Shown piece by piece: positions 52,001-64,000 of a DNA stretch of 64,000 nucleotides. The notes beneath the pieces were generated by a model, which had not been told where the DNA came from, ran no database searches, and worked only from the letters and a program-made list of their open reading frames with translations. Positions within the stretch are counted from its first letter, which is position 1. Each line of letters opens with the position of its first letter. This DNA comes from the human T2T-CHM13v2.0 reference genome, Homo sapiens. A program made the translations under genes and the position numbers. The DNA is taken from the NCBI RefSeq assembly GCF_009914755.1, contig NC_060947.1; one strand, 5' to 3'.

Positions 52001-54198
52001 CTAGTGGCTTTAACTTGGCCTTTCCTACCATAGTAGCCCTCATTCTGCCAGTTGCTGGATATTTCTATTTCAATTATGTATTCTGAAACTGAGGGATTTA
52101 CCAAAAGATGGGTTTGGAAACCCTCTGAGCTCATTGTTTGATGGATCTGAGCTAAAGCATCATTGACCACACTAACTCTACAAACCAAAAATTCGACTGG
52201 TTACACTTAGTAGTATTTTTGGCCACCTGGAATTAGTGTGAGTTCAGAACCAGTGTAATTATGGCTAATAATTAATGCCCAAAAAGTCTGATTATTTGCT
52301 TTTTCCCAATGCACAGTAACCCTAATAGAAGACTTTAGGTTCATTTGGGGAAGTCTGGGAGAAAGATTAATGGTATACATTTTTGGCAGTATAGTAGGGT
52401 TCTTCTCCACAGGAGCCTGGACTCCCATTCATTCAAGAAGTCGTAGGTCTGTAAAGTGACTCAAGTTTCAAGATTGATTGAGCGATTATAATTTTCTGTT
52501 TTGGTGATTCATATTACAGAAGTGTTTGAAGTCAATTACATAATTGACAATAAAGAAATAATTACAGTCTGGTTTGCAAAGACCAATCATATTGGCTACT
52601 TGATCAGGATTTTCATTGACGATAAACAGGCAGTTGACGAAATGCTTTCTTGATGTGTGCCTATCTATTTCCCTTGCCAATTACTGTGACCATACCTACC
52701 TTGACTTTGGCAATTAAGTGTTGCCACTTGGCCTCTGCAACCCCAGAATCCATTTAAAGATTCCTGTTTAGTGGTCACCCCATTGATTTAGACATCCTTA
52801 TTCATTGGCAGTAGTTCCCACTGTAATTTCTAACCTAAGGGAAGGAGAAACGCCAGAGTTTTTCAGTAATGCCAGGGCTCCACTTGCAACTTTATATGTC
52901 ATAGTTGTAATGACAGAAGTCTTCTGTAGACCCTTCTGGAATGGGTAAGCAAGTTTTACATAATAAATTCATTGTAAGTTTTCAATCTCCCTAAGCCTTT
53001 AGATACCTTCTTCTACAGTATACCAAGGAAGTTCTGGTACTTTATTTTTATTTAGCATGGGCACATTTTGGTCCATATTTCAGCCAGCCATCCAAACAAG
53101 TTATTAGAAAGCTCTAACTTAAGCTGCAACATTGAATACGCTCTGCTTTGTGGGCCCATATAAAAAATTCAACTTGATATAATGGTATGTTCCATTCACC
53201 ATTATTCCACATCCCGAATATTCATTCCCGTATATATTCTCCACATTTTTGTTTATTCATAAATTGGAAAACATCATACAGTTCTTTTGGAGTATAGTGC
53301 ACTTCCTCATGGGTAACACTTTGTACCTTACCCTTTAGGGCCTGCTGGGACTTGTGCCTAGTTATAGGTCTAAAAGCAAAGAAAGACATTAGGGGTAGGT
53401 CCTAAAGAGACACAGAAGTGCCTTATAAGGGAACTACCTCTGGGAAGGTCATTAAAATTCCTCAGGCAAAGACAGGGTAACCTCCTCAAACAGGGGTAGA
53501 AAAGCTGCTCCTACTAAGAAGAATCATCAACATTTAGGGGTTCAATATTCCCAGCTTCATCAGGATCTGTCCATATGTGCCCAGTCCAATTTTAAGATTC
53601 TCAGTCCTTCTCATCTAATACTCTTGTCTTAACAGAAGATATTTTACAAGGTTGAGAATTCAAGTCACTTTGTAATTTATTCACTCACAGGATGAGTCTC
53701 TGGATTTGGTTTTCAACACTCTCAACCCTGTGACTATGGAAGATAGAGTTTTCTCAGGGAAGACATAAAAACTTTCAGATAATTTATCTGGACCTTTAGC
53801 TGGGAATTATAAGCCTTAAGCTCATGCTTCACTTCCTGCCCATCCACTTCCAACAGCATAGTTAGAAGAAACCAGCCAGTTACATTATTCTCATTAGTTT
53901 GACAAAATGTTCTAAGGTATCGAATGCCTGGTTACTCAGAACTTTGCCTTTTTGTAAGGGGTTTTAGTTTTCTATTTTTAAAATAACTATTAGATTAGGG
54001 GTATTTAAAGGTGATATTTCACATATCTGTATTGCCACATTATGCCATTGACTATCAGTGTCCTCTTTACCAATAAAAATAGAGTAATTAGTGCCTTGAA
54101 ATCTAATAAGGTTAGAGAAGAATGTCCAAAAAAAACAAATAATTAAGAAACTAATTTTTAAGATTATGTTGCTGTGACAATCTCTTGGTACCAAAATC
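49066..54198 (-). mobile_element. HERV-L/ERVL internal region (gag-pro-pol-dUTPase relic), 3' LTR missing
   Basis: PBS-region GATTTTGGTACCAAG next to the LTR. gag-like FSNLIR..EDTDSQWH (53964-54194), protease TGSELTLIPG (52207-52428), RT IDLASAF..HQKQ..GYINAPALCH (51505-51729), RNase H near 50560-50610, integrase and dUTPase about 49300-50430. Confidence 0.9.
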
Positions 54199-54753
54199 TA
54201 TATCATTTGGGGTTTCCAGAGAAACAGAACCAGGAGAGACAGACAGAGAGAGAGAGAGAACTGATAGATAATTAATACAAATAAAGATAAACATATATAT
54301 CTTAAATAGATTGGTAGATAAAGAAGTCTATAGATTATCTCAGTCTATTTATCTCTAGAAGCGTCTATCCGTCTATTTATTTTTCTACCTATCTGTAGAA
54401 ATACATTTATTGTGAGAAATTATCTCACGCAGTTGTGGGGGCTGGCAAGTCTGAAATTGGTAGGGCAGGCCAGCAGTCTGGAAAGTCAAGTAGGAGTTGA
54501 TGCTGCAGTATTGAGGCAGAATTGCTCTTTTTTTCAGTTAGCATCCATTTTCATTCTCAAAACCTTTGAACTAACTGGGTGAGGTCCTACTCACATTATC
54601 CAGTGTAATTTTTTAGATTTAAAGTCAACTTATTGTAGATGTTAACTACATACAAAGAATATGTTCACAGTAATACACAGATTATTGTTTGATTATTATA
54701 AATAATTGGGGACTATCTTCTAGCTAATTTAACACAAAAAGCTAATAATCACA
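54199..54753 (-). mobile_element. MLT2D-like 5' LTR of the ERVL
   Basis: TCCAGAGAAACAGAACCA, GGAGTTGATGCTGCAGT and AAAGTCAAC motifs; terminus ..ATCACA. Confidence 0.88.
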
Positions 54754-54925
54754 CGTAGCATCTACCTGAAATATTACTATTTTTGTTAAAAAATCTATTT
54801 AATTTTTTAAAGATTAGATATCGATCTAAAATGCATTCTATCTAATATAACTTTAGAACTTATCTTTGTAAATGAATATATTGTTCTGACTCATTTGAGA
54901 ATAACAGAGGATTGGAGATATTGAA

Positions 54926-55329
54926 TGTTATGGGTTGACACGTGGTCACCCAAAATACACATGTTGAAGTCCTAATCCCCAGGGCCTCAAAATGTGACCT
55001 TATTTGGAGATAAGGTCTTTACAGAGATAACCAAGCTAATGAGGGATGATTACAGTTGACTGCAATACAAAATTATTGATGTCCTTATGAAAGGGGAAAA
55101 TGTAGGCACAGGGGTACAGGTAGAACACCATGTGATGAGACACAGGGAGAAGACAATCATCTGTAATTCAAGAGGGATACCTGAAATAGATCTTTCTTTC
55201 ACAGCTTCAGAAGGAACAAACCTCACTGACACCTTGATTTTGTATTTCTAACTTCTAGAACTGTGAGAAAGGATTTGTTTGTTTGTTTAAACCACCCAGT
55301 TTGTGATGCCTTGTTATGGCAGCCTCAGC
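54926..55329 (+). mobile_element. MLT1B/C-like MaLR solo LTR
   Basis: TGTTATGGGTTGA...ATGTTGAAGTCCTAA...CTAGAACTGTGAGAAA...TTGTTATGGCAGCC. Confidence 0.85.
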
Positions 55330-55339
55330 TGTCTTGAAC

Positions 55340-56312
55340 AGTTCTTTACATGCCTGATTACTTCAGTACCTGTCTTCTAAAAATAAAAGTAAAAATATTC
55401 TCTTACATAGCCAGAGTATAATTATTACAATCTGCACATTTGATATCTGCTATAATACTATTATCTAATCCACAGTCCCTAAATACATTTTTACCATTGT
55501 TGAAACAATGTATGTTAAAGCTATACAATTTCCCTATTCATCATCGAATACAGGAGCATGCATTACATTTAGTTTTCATATCTCCTCAGTCTCTTTTAAT
55601 TTGAATCAGTTCCTTATCTTCTTTTTATAATCCTTAATATTTTTTGAAGTATACAGGCCTGTTATTTTGAAGTATATCCCTAAATATTAGATATTTTCTC
55701 ATGATTATGTTTAGTTTATACATTCTCATTATTATGTTTAGTTTATACATTCTAGCAGGGATAACAGGAAAGTGATATAACCATTCCAAGGCATCATAAT
55801 AGAAAACAAGTGATATGAGTTTATTTTATTATTGGTGATTTTAACTTTGATTACTTATATAAGGTGCTGTCCTCCAGATTTCTCCACTTTCAAGACACTT
55901 TTCCCCTCTTTTTAATTAATAGGTAGTTTTTGAGAAGATACTTTGAGATGATATAGATATCCTGTTCTTTATTAGACTATCACTCACAAGCTTAAAATTT
56001 CAGTGATAATTTTCTAATTCCATCATTCCTTCTACATTTACTAGTTGGCATTCTATTTTTTCTCCCCCATTTACCTATTTACTTATTTTTATCACTATGG
56101 AAGTATGGATTCTTACGCTATTCAATAAGTTATAATCCATTACTATTAGTATTTATTTTGATGTTTAAATGTTTTCACAATTGGCCCAGTATAGGGTTTT
56201 TCAAGATGACTTTGTGTCCTTTTGACATGTCCCCATGATTTTTTGAACACTTTTTTACTTTCTAGTATAAGAAGACATCTAAGATCATCTTGTACATTCC
56301 CTATCTCATTCC
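55340..56312 (-). mobile_element. Ancient L1MC-type 3' fragment
   Basis: Antisense L1MC-like motifs (AATACTATTATCTAATCCACAG, ATTGGTGATTTTAACTTTGAT, GTGTCCTTTTGACATGTCCCCA). Contains a 27-bp tandem duplication at 55696-55749. Confidence 0.65.
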
Positions 56313-57646
56313 TTGGGGGGCATGCAAAAACTTGATATTGTTTTTAATCCTTGAGATGTATAAGAAGACCATTCAAGATCTGTGGTAAGATGCCCTAGGA
56401 ACAAGACCTTCAATCTCATAGGAAAATAATTTCAAAACCTATCTAACATAATAGAACTGAAGTATCCACAATATATTGTACATAGCATGGATTATGTTCA
56501 CCTAGAAAATTTTTAAGGCATGTGTAACCAATACCCTCTTTAACCAATAAGGGATTACAATAAAATAGACATTAAGAATTTCTAGAACATGGACATATGT
56601 TGTTATCAAGTGAGTTTCCTCTTGCTAGAAGACAAAGTCATTGCTCTTCATTTTGTGTCCCCTACGATGCTGAAAACAGTGTTGAGCATATAATATTGAA
56701 GTGAATTATTTATAAGAAGTGTGGTCGCAAGACATCTAATTCAAACATGCCTGATGGCATGGGATTGCATCCCCTTAATACTTTTTAATGTCTATTTTAT
56801 TGATATTATTTTTATAGTTAATGTGGTTATTAGTTACACATGCATGAATTATTTTCAAGGTTAAGATTATTTCATCCATGATATATAAAATCTCACACAC
56901 GCAATGTATAACAATTATACCTATATATTTTATGGTATCCTCTCATCAGAATGGTCCCTTGTAAAAGTAGGAGAGGAAAAAGAATATTCCAGGGATGGCA
57001 TTGTTTTTTGGGTCTTATTACAGAATCAATATTTTCAAGATCCTGAGTAGTAAAAGCTACCTGAACCAATTGAAACAGTTTGGTTCTTTTGGCGTGTGCT
57101 GAATTCTCAAACTCATTAGGCTCAGCATTCCACTCCTCCTATGCCAAAGCAGAAGGCTCAACACTGAAGTCAAGCAAGCAACGTGAGGCTTCCTGTCACA
57201 ACAGGTAATTCTTGGCTCTTAAAAAGCAAATACTTTGCAGAAGCGCAGGTGTATCTGTATTTCCCCCATGAGTCTAGCAAGTTATTTTCATGGTTACCTG
57301 AATCTCTTATTCTGCCAGCCATAGTTTTCTTATCCATGCTATCACTTCAGTCCTCTAAGAAAAGGCAACTCCACAAGTTCAGAGGTTTCCACATTTGTTG
57401 AATTTTAGATGTTCAAATCACATTGTATTTAAAATTGCTTGGGGACTGTTGTCATTGCAAATAGGTAATACAACAGCTTTGGGCTTACCAGCTTCCCTGA
57501 TATATTATCAACTCCATGTTGTGGATTATTTGGGCACATCTGGCATTTGAGTTTCTACTGACATAATTGCAAATATATCATGTGTTGAGATCTCAGCTTT
57601 TATACTGGCTTCCTAGGAGAACATTTGAAAATAACTCTCTCTTTAC

Positions 57647-57718
57647 CTCTCATGAGGATTATTGCTCAGCTGTTCAAGCTCACTAACCACTCCTCTGTAG
57701 AGAAGTTGTGGAGGAAAC
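57647..57718 (-). CDS. Putative 72-nt symmetric (phase 2-2) exon, FPPQLLYRGVVSELEQLSNNPHE
   Basis: Strong acceptor poly(T)-CCCCTCTAG|G and donor GAG|GTAAAG. Only one frame is open. Confidence 0.4.
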
Positions 57719-58651
57719 CTAGAGGGGAAAAAAAAAAAAAACATTTCCAGAAGTGTCTCAATAGATCCACTGGCAATCTACCATGGTTAGTTTAAAAATA
57801 TTGAGATGTTTTGGGGACCCTCAAACTTTTGAGGTGAAGGTTATGTTCTGGCATCCTTGTTGGTGAACAATAGTCTCTAATAGTTAAACACTTGCTATTC
57901 ATACATCCACAAATATATTTTCTTTGAAGTTATTAACAAATGTAAAGGTTTCCCCATACATACTAGATAATTATTTTCTCATGACTCAAGAAAATGTCAC
58001 TGCCAGATATGTCCACTCAGTCATATTCACACAAACTTGAAAAACAACCTAATGCTGTAAATTGCATTGTTACCTGTTACTTTTAAACAGTACCTTTACA
58101 TTAAGGCACTTAGCAATGTTAAGAAAGAGAACATAATGAAGTGACAAATCATATTTATATTACCATGATGTCTAGCCATTTGAATAGTAAATATAGATCA
58201 ATATCCTACCTGCCCATGTGTTGCAAATGGCATCTGGATTTCATATCTGCAATGATAATATGCCAGCTCTTTCCCTAGTGATCTTATTAGTTGTCTGCTA
58301 CATGTCTAAATAATAAGATACTAAGGGAGTTGTAGGTAGCAAATAGGCCCTTATTGTTAAGATCTGTAAGTATGGAAAATAACTTATTTCTTAGAGATAT
58401 GACAGTTCACTAATTTCTACAGATAAGTCAGGGTACATTGTGAACACTGGTTTAAAAAACCTGAAATAGGATAAATTAAAACTGTGAAATTTGACACTAA
58501 GGTTAAGGCTGACATTAAGAATTTTAGTACCTTTATTCCAAGTTAATCATTATTAGTATAAAAATAGAGATTTCCAAAGTGATGAGAATTTTTTGCAGTG
58601 GTGTTCAGCAGATAGGAAGGCATCAAACACTGTGCATACGGTTGGGGGATA

Positions 58652-60171
58652 CAAGCATACCTTGGCAACAATGTGGGTTTTGTTCCAGACCACTGCAAAA
58701 AGTAAATGTTGCAATAAAATTAGTCACAAGAGTATTTTGGTTTCCTAGTGCATATAAATGTTATGTTTACACCATACTGAAGTCTACTAAGTGTACTGTA
58801 GCATTATGTCTAAAAATGTACATACATTTATTTAAAAATATTTTATTGCTAAAAACTACTACTGATCATCTGAGCCTTTAGTGAGTCATAATCTTTTTGC
58901 TAGTGAAGGGTCTTGCCTTAATGTGGATGGATGCTGACTGATCAAGATGATGGTTGCTGAAGGCTGGGATTCCTGGAGCAATATTTTGTAAAATACAACA
59001 TTGAAGTTTGCCACATCAGTTGACTCTGTCTTTCACAAAAGATTTCTCTGGAGCATGCAATGTTGATTTACAGATTTTTACCTACAGTAAAATTTATTTC
59101 AAAATTGAAGCCAATCCTCTCAAACTCTACCACTGCTTTTTCAGCTGTTTGTGTAATATTCTAAGTCCTTTCTTGTCATTTCAACTATGTTCAAAACATC
59201 TTTACCAGTAAACTTCATCTCAAGAAACTACTGTCTTTGCTCATCCATAGGAAACAACACCTTATCTGTTCAAGTTTATCATGAGATTGAAGCAATTCAT
59301 TCACATCTTCAGGCTCCACTTCTAATTCTAATTGTCTTGCTATTTCCATCACATCTGCAGTTACATCCTCCAATGAAGTCTCAAATTCCTCAAAGTCATC
59401 CATGAGTGTTGTCAAGAAGAGCATTTTTTTAGGGTTTCTTTCTAGGATTTTTTATAGTTTCAGGTCTTACAATTAGGTCTTTTGTCCATCTTGAGTTAAT
59501 TTTTGTATATGGTGAGAGATATAAGGGTCCACTTTCTTTCTTCTGCATATAGTTAGCCAATATTCCAGGGAAAATTGGAGTAGCATTTTTAATTTGCTTC
59601 AAGATATTTCCTTTGCATTCACAACCTGCCTGATCGTTTGACACAAAACACCTATTTTTCAGCTGATCTCGGCTCTTGATGTGTCTTCCTCACTCTTCTT
59701 AATTATTTCTAGCTTTAAAGTGAGAGATGTGCAACTCTTCCATTCACTGAACTCTTAGAGGCCATTGTAGGATTATTAATTGGCCTAATTTAAATATTGT
59801 TCTGTTTCAGGGAATAGGAAGGCCAGAGAAGAGTGACAGACGGGTGAATGACTGGTCAGTGTAGCAGTCAGAACAAACAACATTTATCAGGTAAGGTATG
59901 GGTGTGGTTCATGGCACACCAAAGCAATAACGATAGTAACATCAAAGGTCGCTGATGACAGATCACCATAACAGAAATAATAATAATGGAAAGTTTAACA
60001 TATTACAAGAATTTCCCCAATGTGATATAGAGACACAAATTGAGCACTTGCTGGTGAAAAAATTGTGCCAATAGAGTTGCACAATGCAAGGATGCCACAA
60101 ACCTAATTTATAAATAATGTACTATTTGTGAAGCAGAATAAAGTGAAATGCAATAAAACAAGGCATGCCTG
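58652..60171 (-). mobile_element. Tigger1 DNA transposon, internally deleted
   Basis: TIRs CAAGCATACCTTG / CAAGGCATGCCTG with TA on both sides. Transposase relic TLMDDFEEFETS..ARQLELEVEPEDVNELLQSHDK (59215-59424). Confidence 0.92.
59411..59570 (-). mobile_element. Internal L1 ORF2 fragment at the Tigger1 deletion junction
   Basis: Encodes [24 protein letters not shown]. No 3'UTR or poly(A). Confidence 0.88.
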
Positions 60172-60289
60172 TATAATACAATCAAGTTACACAAATCTTG
60201 TATGTAAAAATAAATCCAGTTGTGTAAATTTACAAAAAATGTCCTAAGCATGTAAGACCAAAAGGTGTTTTAAAAAGCAATCAAGGGAG

Positions 60290-60500
60290 GCAGTGTTTCA
60301 TGATAAAGCACTAAACCAAGTATCATGAGCCTTGGATCTGGTTCCAGTTGTCTGACCAACAGGGATCTCAGTTTTTTTTCTTATATCAATAATTATGTTA
60401 CTAGCCACCGTATATTAAAAGGTTGTCGAGATAATCAACTGGAGTAATGTATTTGAAAATATTTTGAAAGGGTAAAGTGTTATATAAAGGCAAAGAATTA
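60290..60500 (+). mobile_element. MIR fragment
   Basis: GGGAGGCAGTG..GATAAAGCACT start, TCTCAGTTTT core and GTAAAGTGTTATATAA end, all degenerate. Confidence 0.55.
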
Positions 60501-62361
60501 TTACATGGACTATTCAGGAAAAGTTAGATTGAGTCTTGTCAAAAATGGGTGATTAACTAAAATGTTACCAAACAGAAAACCAATAACATTGTAAATATTG
60601 AACTCTCAAAAGAGAAGTAATTCTTCCTAGTGACTTTGATGTCAAACTAGTCCTCACAGATGATGGAAAGCTATAGATATACATATAGATGGTAGAGATA
60701 ATATATTAATAGATGATATAGAGATATAGATATAGAGTACCTAAATATTGCAGAAGTGACAGATAAAAGCTATATAACTTCTAGATGTCATAGAATATGG
60801 CTTCCAAGGTCTAGTTAGGCTTTCCTTTCAACAAATTTGGTCAGGTTTCCTAAGTGATTTCTAAGTTGTGTTTGTGTGTGTACATTATAGTGACATAGGA
60901 AAATTTGATTTGTTTTGAGTACATCTGTGATCTGTGATACATGATGTAGTGCAAAATGATATGATTGTTAAAACTTGACATTGGAACACCATATAATTAG
61001 TTCACATCTCCTAATATGAGATCAATACAGTAAAGATTTTTTACAAAGCAGCAATTTCTTATACATGAAAATGTAGAGGCAATGGTAATGTGCTAGTAAT
61101 AATTCAAAAATATTTTAGGAAAAATTTGCCAGTAATTTCAAAACGGATAAATATTGTTGCAAATTTGATCTACCAAATAATGAAGACAATTAAGGACAAC
61201 TTATTGTTTGTGCTGTTATATTGGAACTAATGTTTGTTATTTATTTGATCAGTTATTTAATAATTTATTCCTTTGTGTTTTTAATCTTAGTTGGAAATAC
61301 ACTTTTAATGGATCACACAAAACCGCCAAAAATAATATTTGATAACAAGGCTGAATCTTCAGAATTAGGAACAGGATCTTCTAGTCCCCAGAGGTTTATT
61401 TGCTTTAAAAAAAGTTTTTGTTTGTGTTTTTAGTTAGCATTTTTTTTTCTCCTGTATACAAGAACAAATTTCTGATTGATTTAAGATGTTGACAAGTGAA
61501 TCCATGTCTCAGCATTAAAATGGGCCTGGGCAATTGCATTATTCACTTCAAAAAGTGACACTGATGAAGCACTGTCTAGGAAACACTATAAGAGATACAA
61601 TTTATACTGATTTTTGTGGCCTATACTGATTTTCTAAAGAAGGAAAAGCATTTTAATTTCACTTGCAGTCTCTTATACTTGAAACTAAAAGGAGTCTACA
61701 GTTAATACATTGTTCTAAATATTATTTTTCCCTTCCTATTCATGTATGGGTCAGCTCTCCAGTTGTAGGGCATCTCACGTATTTACTATGTAGAAAGTAT
61801 TAGCAGTAGCCACGCACATAGAAATTCACAGACACACTAAAATGCAAAATTTAAAACAAGACATTGAAATGTATATGCACCCAACAACCTGCTATTGTCC
61901 TTTTATTGGACCAAGTTATATCAAAACACAATTTTGGAGAGATAGTTGTATAGCCTCTTGCCTGATCTACTGTACACATAAAATTTAGTAATTTTGAGCT
62001 AAAACAAAAAAAAAAAGGTGAGTCAAGTAATTATGCACATCAAATTCTTAATAACCTCCATAAAAAGACTTCTATGGTCAATTTCTCATTGCTTTAAGTT
62101 TCCCAAATGAGTGGATGGGGCTCAGGGTGAAGGGTGAGTGGAAAATTGAAAGATGTGGATTATTTTTTCTTGGTGAGGCCAGTTTGAATTCTTTTAAACA
62201 TTGCAGTAATATTTAGAATATTAGTCAATGATGTTAGAAAAGAGAGAAAAAGTGTGGAGGAATGATGCATCAGGTAGAATGACAATAAACAATAGTTCTT
62301 GAAAGCCAGAGATAGAAAAGAATTAGTAGTCATCTGGAATGACAAAAAAGTTTTATTTTCA

Positions 62362-62760
62362 GAATAAAATAACTAGGAATACAACTAACTAGGGAAGTGA
62401 AAGATCTCTACAAAGAGAACTATAAAACACTGCTCAAAGAAATAAGAGATGACACAAATAAATGGAAAAGCATTTGATGCTCATGGATAGGAAGAATCAA
62501 TATTGTAAAAATGGCCATATTGTCCAAAGCAATTTATAGATTCAATATGATTCCTACTAAATTACCATTGAGATTCTTTACAGAACTAGAAAAAAAAAAC
62601 TATTTTAAAATTCATAAAAACCTAAAAAAAGGAGCCTGAATATCCAAGGCAATCCTAAGCAAAAGAAAAAAAGAAAAAAAAAAAAAAGCAGGAGGCATCA
62701 TGCTACCCAACTTCAAACTACACTAGAGGGCTAAAGTAACCAAAACAGCATGCTACTGGT

Positions 62761-62804
<44 letters not shown>

Positions 62805-64000
62805 ATATAGATCAATAGAACAGAATAGAAAAGCCAGAAATAAGGTGCATACCCACAACTATATGATCTTTGACTAACCTGACAAGCACAATTAATAAGA
62901 AAAGGATTCCCTATTCAATAAATGGTGCTTGGAGAAATGGCTAGCCACATGCAGATGATTGAAACTGGACCCCTTCCTTCCACCATGTACAAAAAATAAG
63001 ATGAATTCAAGACCTAAATATAAAACCCAATATCATAAAAACCCTGGAAGGCACCCTAGGCAAATAAAATTGAGGACATAGAAAGGGGCAAACATTTCAT
63101 GATGAAGTTGTCAAAAGTGATTGCAACAAAAGCGAAAATTGACAAATGAGATCTAATTAAACTGAAGAGTTTCTGCCCAGCAAAGATAACTATCAACAGA
63201 GTAAACAGACAACCTGCAGAATAGGAGAAAATTTTTGCAAACTATGCATCTGTCAAAGGTCTAATATCCAGAATCTAGAAGGAACTTAAACAAATTTACA
63301 AGAGAAAATCAAACAACCCAATTAAAAAGTGGGCAATGGACATAAACAGACACTTTTCAAAAGAAGACATACATGCGGCCAACAAGCATATGAAAAAGAG
63401 CTCAACATCACTGATCATTGGAGAAATGCAATGACAACCATAATGAGATACCATCTCACACCAATTAGAATGGCTATTATTAAAGAGTCAAAAAAAAAAA
63501 AAAAAACCCAGATGCTGACAAGGCTGTGGACAAAAAGGAATGCTTATACACTGTCGTTGGGAGTGTGAATTAGTTCAGCCATTTTGGAACACATTGTGGC
63601 GATTCCTCAAAGACCTAAAAACAGAAATACCATTTGACCCAGCAATCCCGTTACTGCATACATGCCCACAGGAATATAAATGGTTTTATTGTAAAGATGC
63701 ATGCACAAGTTTGTTCATTGCAGCACTGTTCACAATAGCAAAGACATAGAATCAACCTAAATGCCCATCAACGATAGATTTGATAAGAAAAATATGGTAC
63801 ATATACACCATGGAATTCTATGTGGCCATAAAAAGAATGGGATCATGTCCTTTGCAGGAACATGGATGGAACTGGAGGCCATTATCTTTAGCAAACTAAT
63901 ATAGGGACAGAATACAAAATATCACATGGTATAACTTATAAGTGGGAGCTAAATGATCAGAACACATGGACAGGAAGAGAACAACAGACACCGAGACCTT
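62362..64000 (+). mobile_element. 5'-truncated older L1PA (about PA11-PA15) ORF2 3' part and 3'UTR, running off the window
   Basis: ORF2 relics ([31 protein letters not shown]). Expanded internal poly(A) at 62763-62792. Confidence 0.9.

Noticed and set aside
62763-62800. Poly(A) as a separate retro-insertion tail
   Set aside because: It sits at a native short A-run in L1 ORF2, with colinear sequence on both sides and no TSD, so expansion is the simpler reading.

Overview
This is AT-rich primate genomic DNA, probably hominine (it carries Alu, L1PA and an L1PA2-type 5'UTR), and it is not microbial. Most of it is transposable-element relics: a full-length minus-strand L1PA, an old L1MA-type element interrupted by a rearranged L1PA5-like insert, an L1PB1 with nested Alus and an L1, two HERV-L/ERVL relics with MLT2 LTRs, MaLR LTRs, a MER52-like LTR, Tigger1, MADE1, MER3, MIR and L2. 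Nearly all long ORFs in the track are L1 or ERV fragments or their antisense shadows. I recognise no named cellular gene, RNA gene or CRISPR array, and I cannot support a new biological system. Best leads: (1) four minus-strand exon-like units that splice in frame to a hydrophobic C-terminus, with an RFX X-box nearby; (2) a probably chimeric L1PA2/L1PA4 element with no target-site duplication (TSD); (3) a duplicated and inverted L1 insertion with a host deletion; (4) an L1 patch at a Tigger1 deletion. Subfamily calls come from recalled consensus diagnostics, not a database run, and boundaries of old repeats are approximate.
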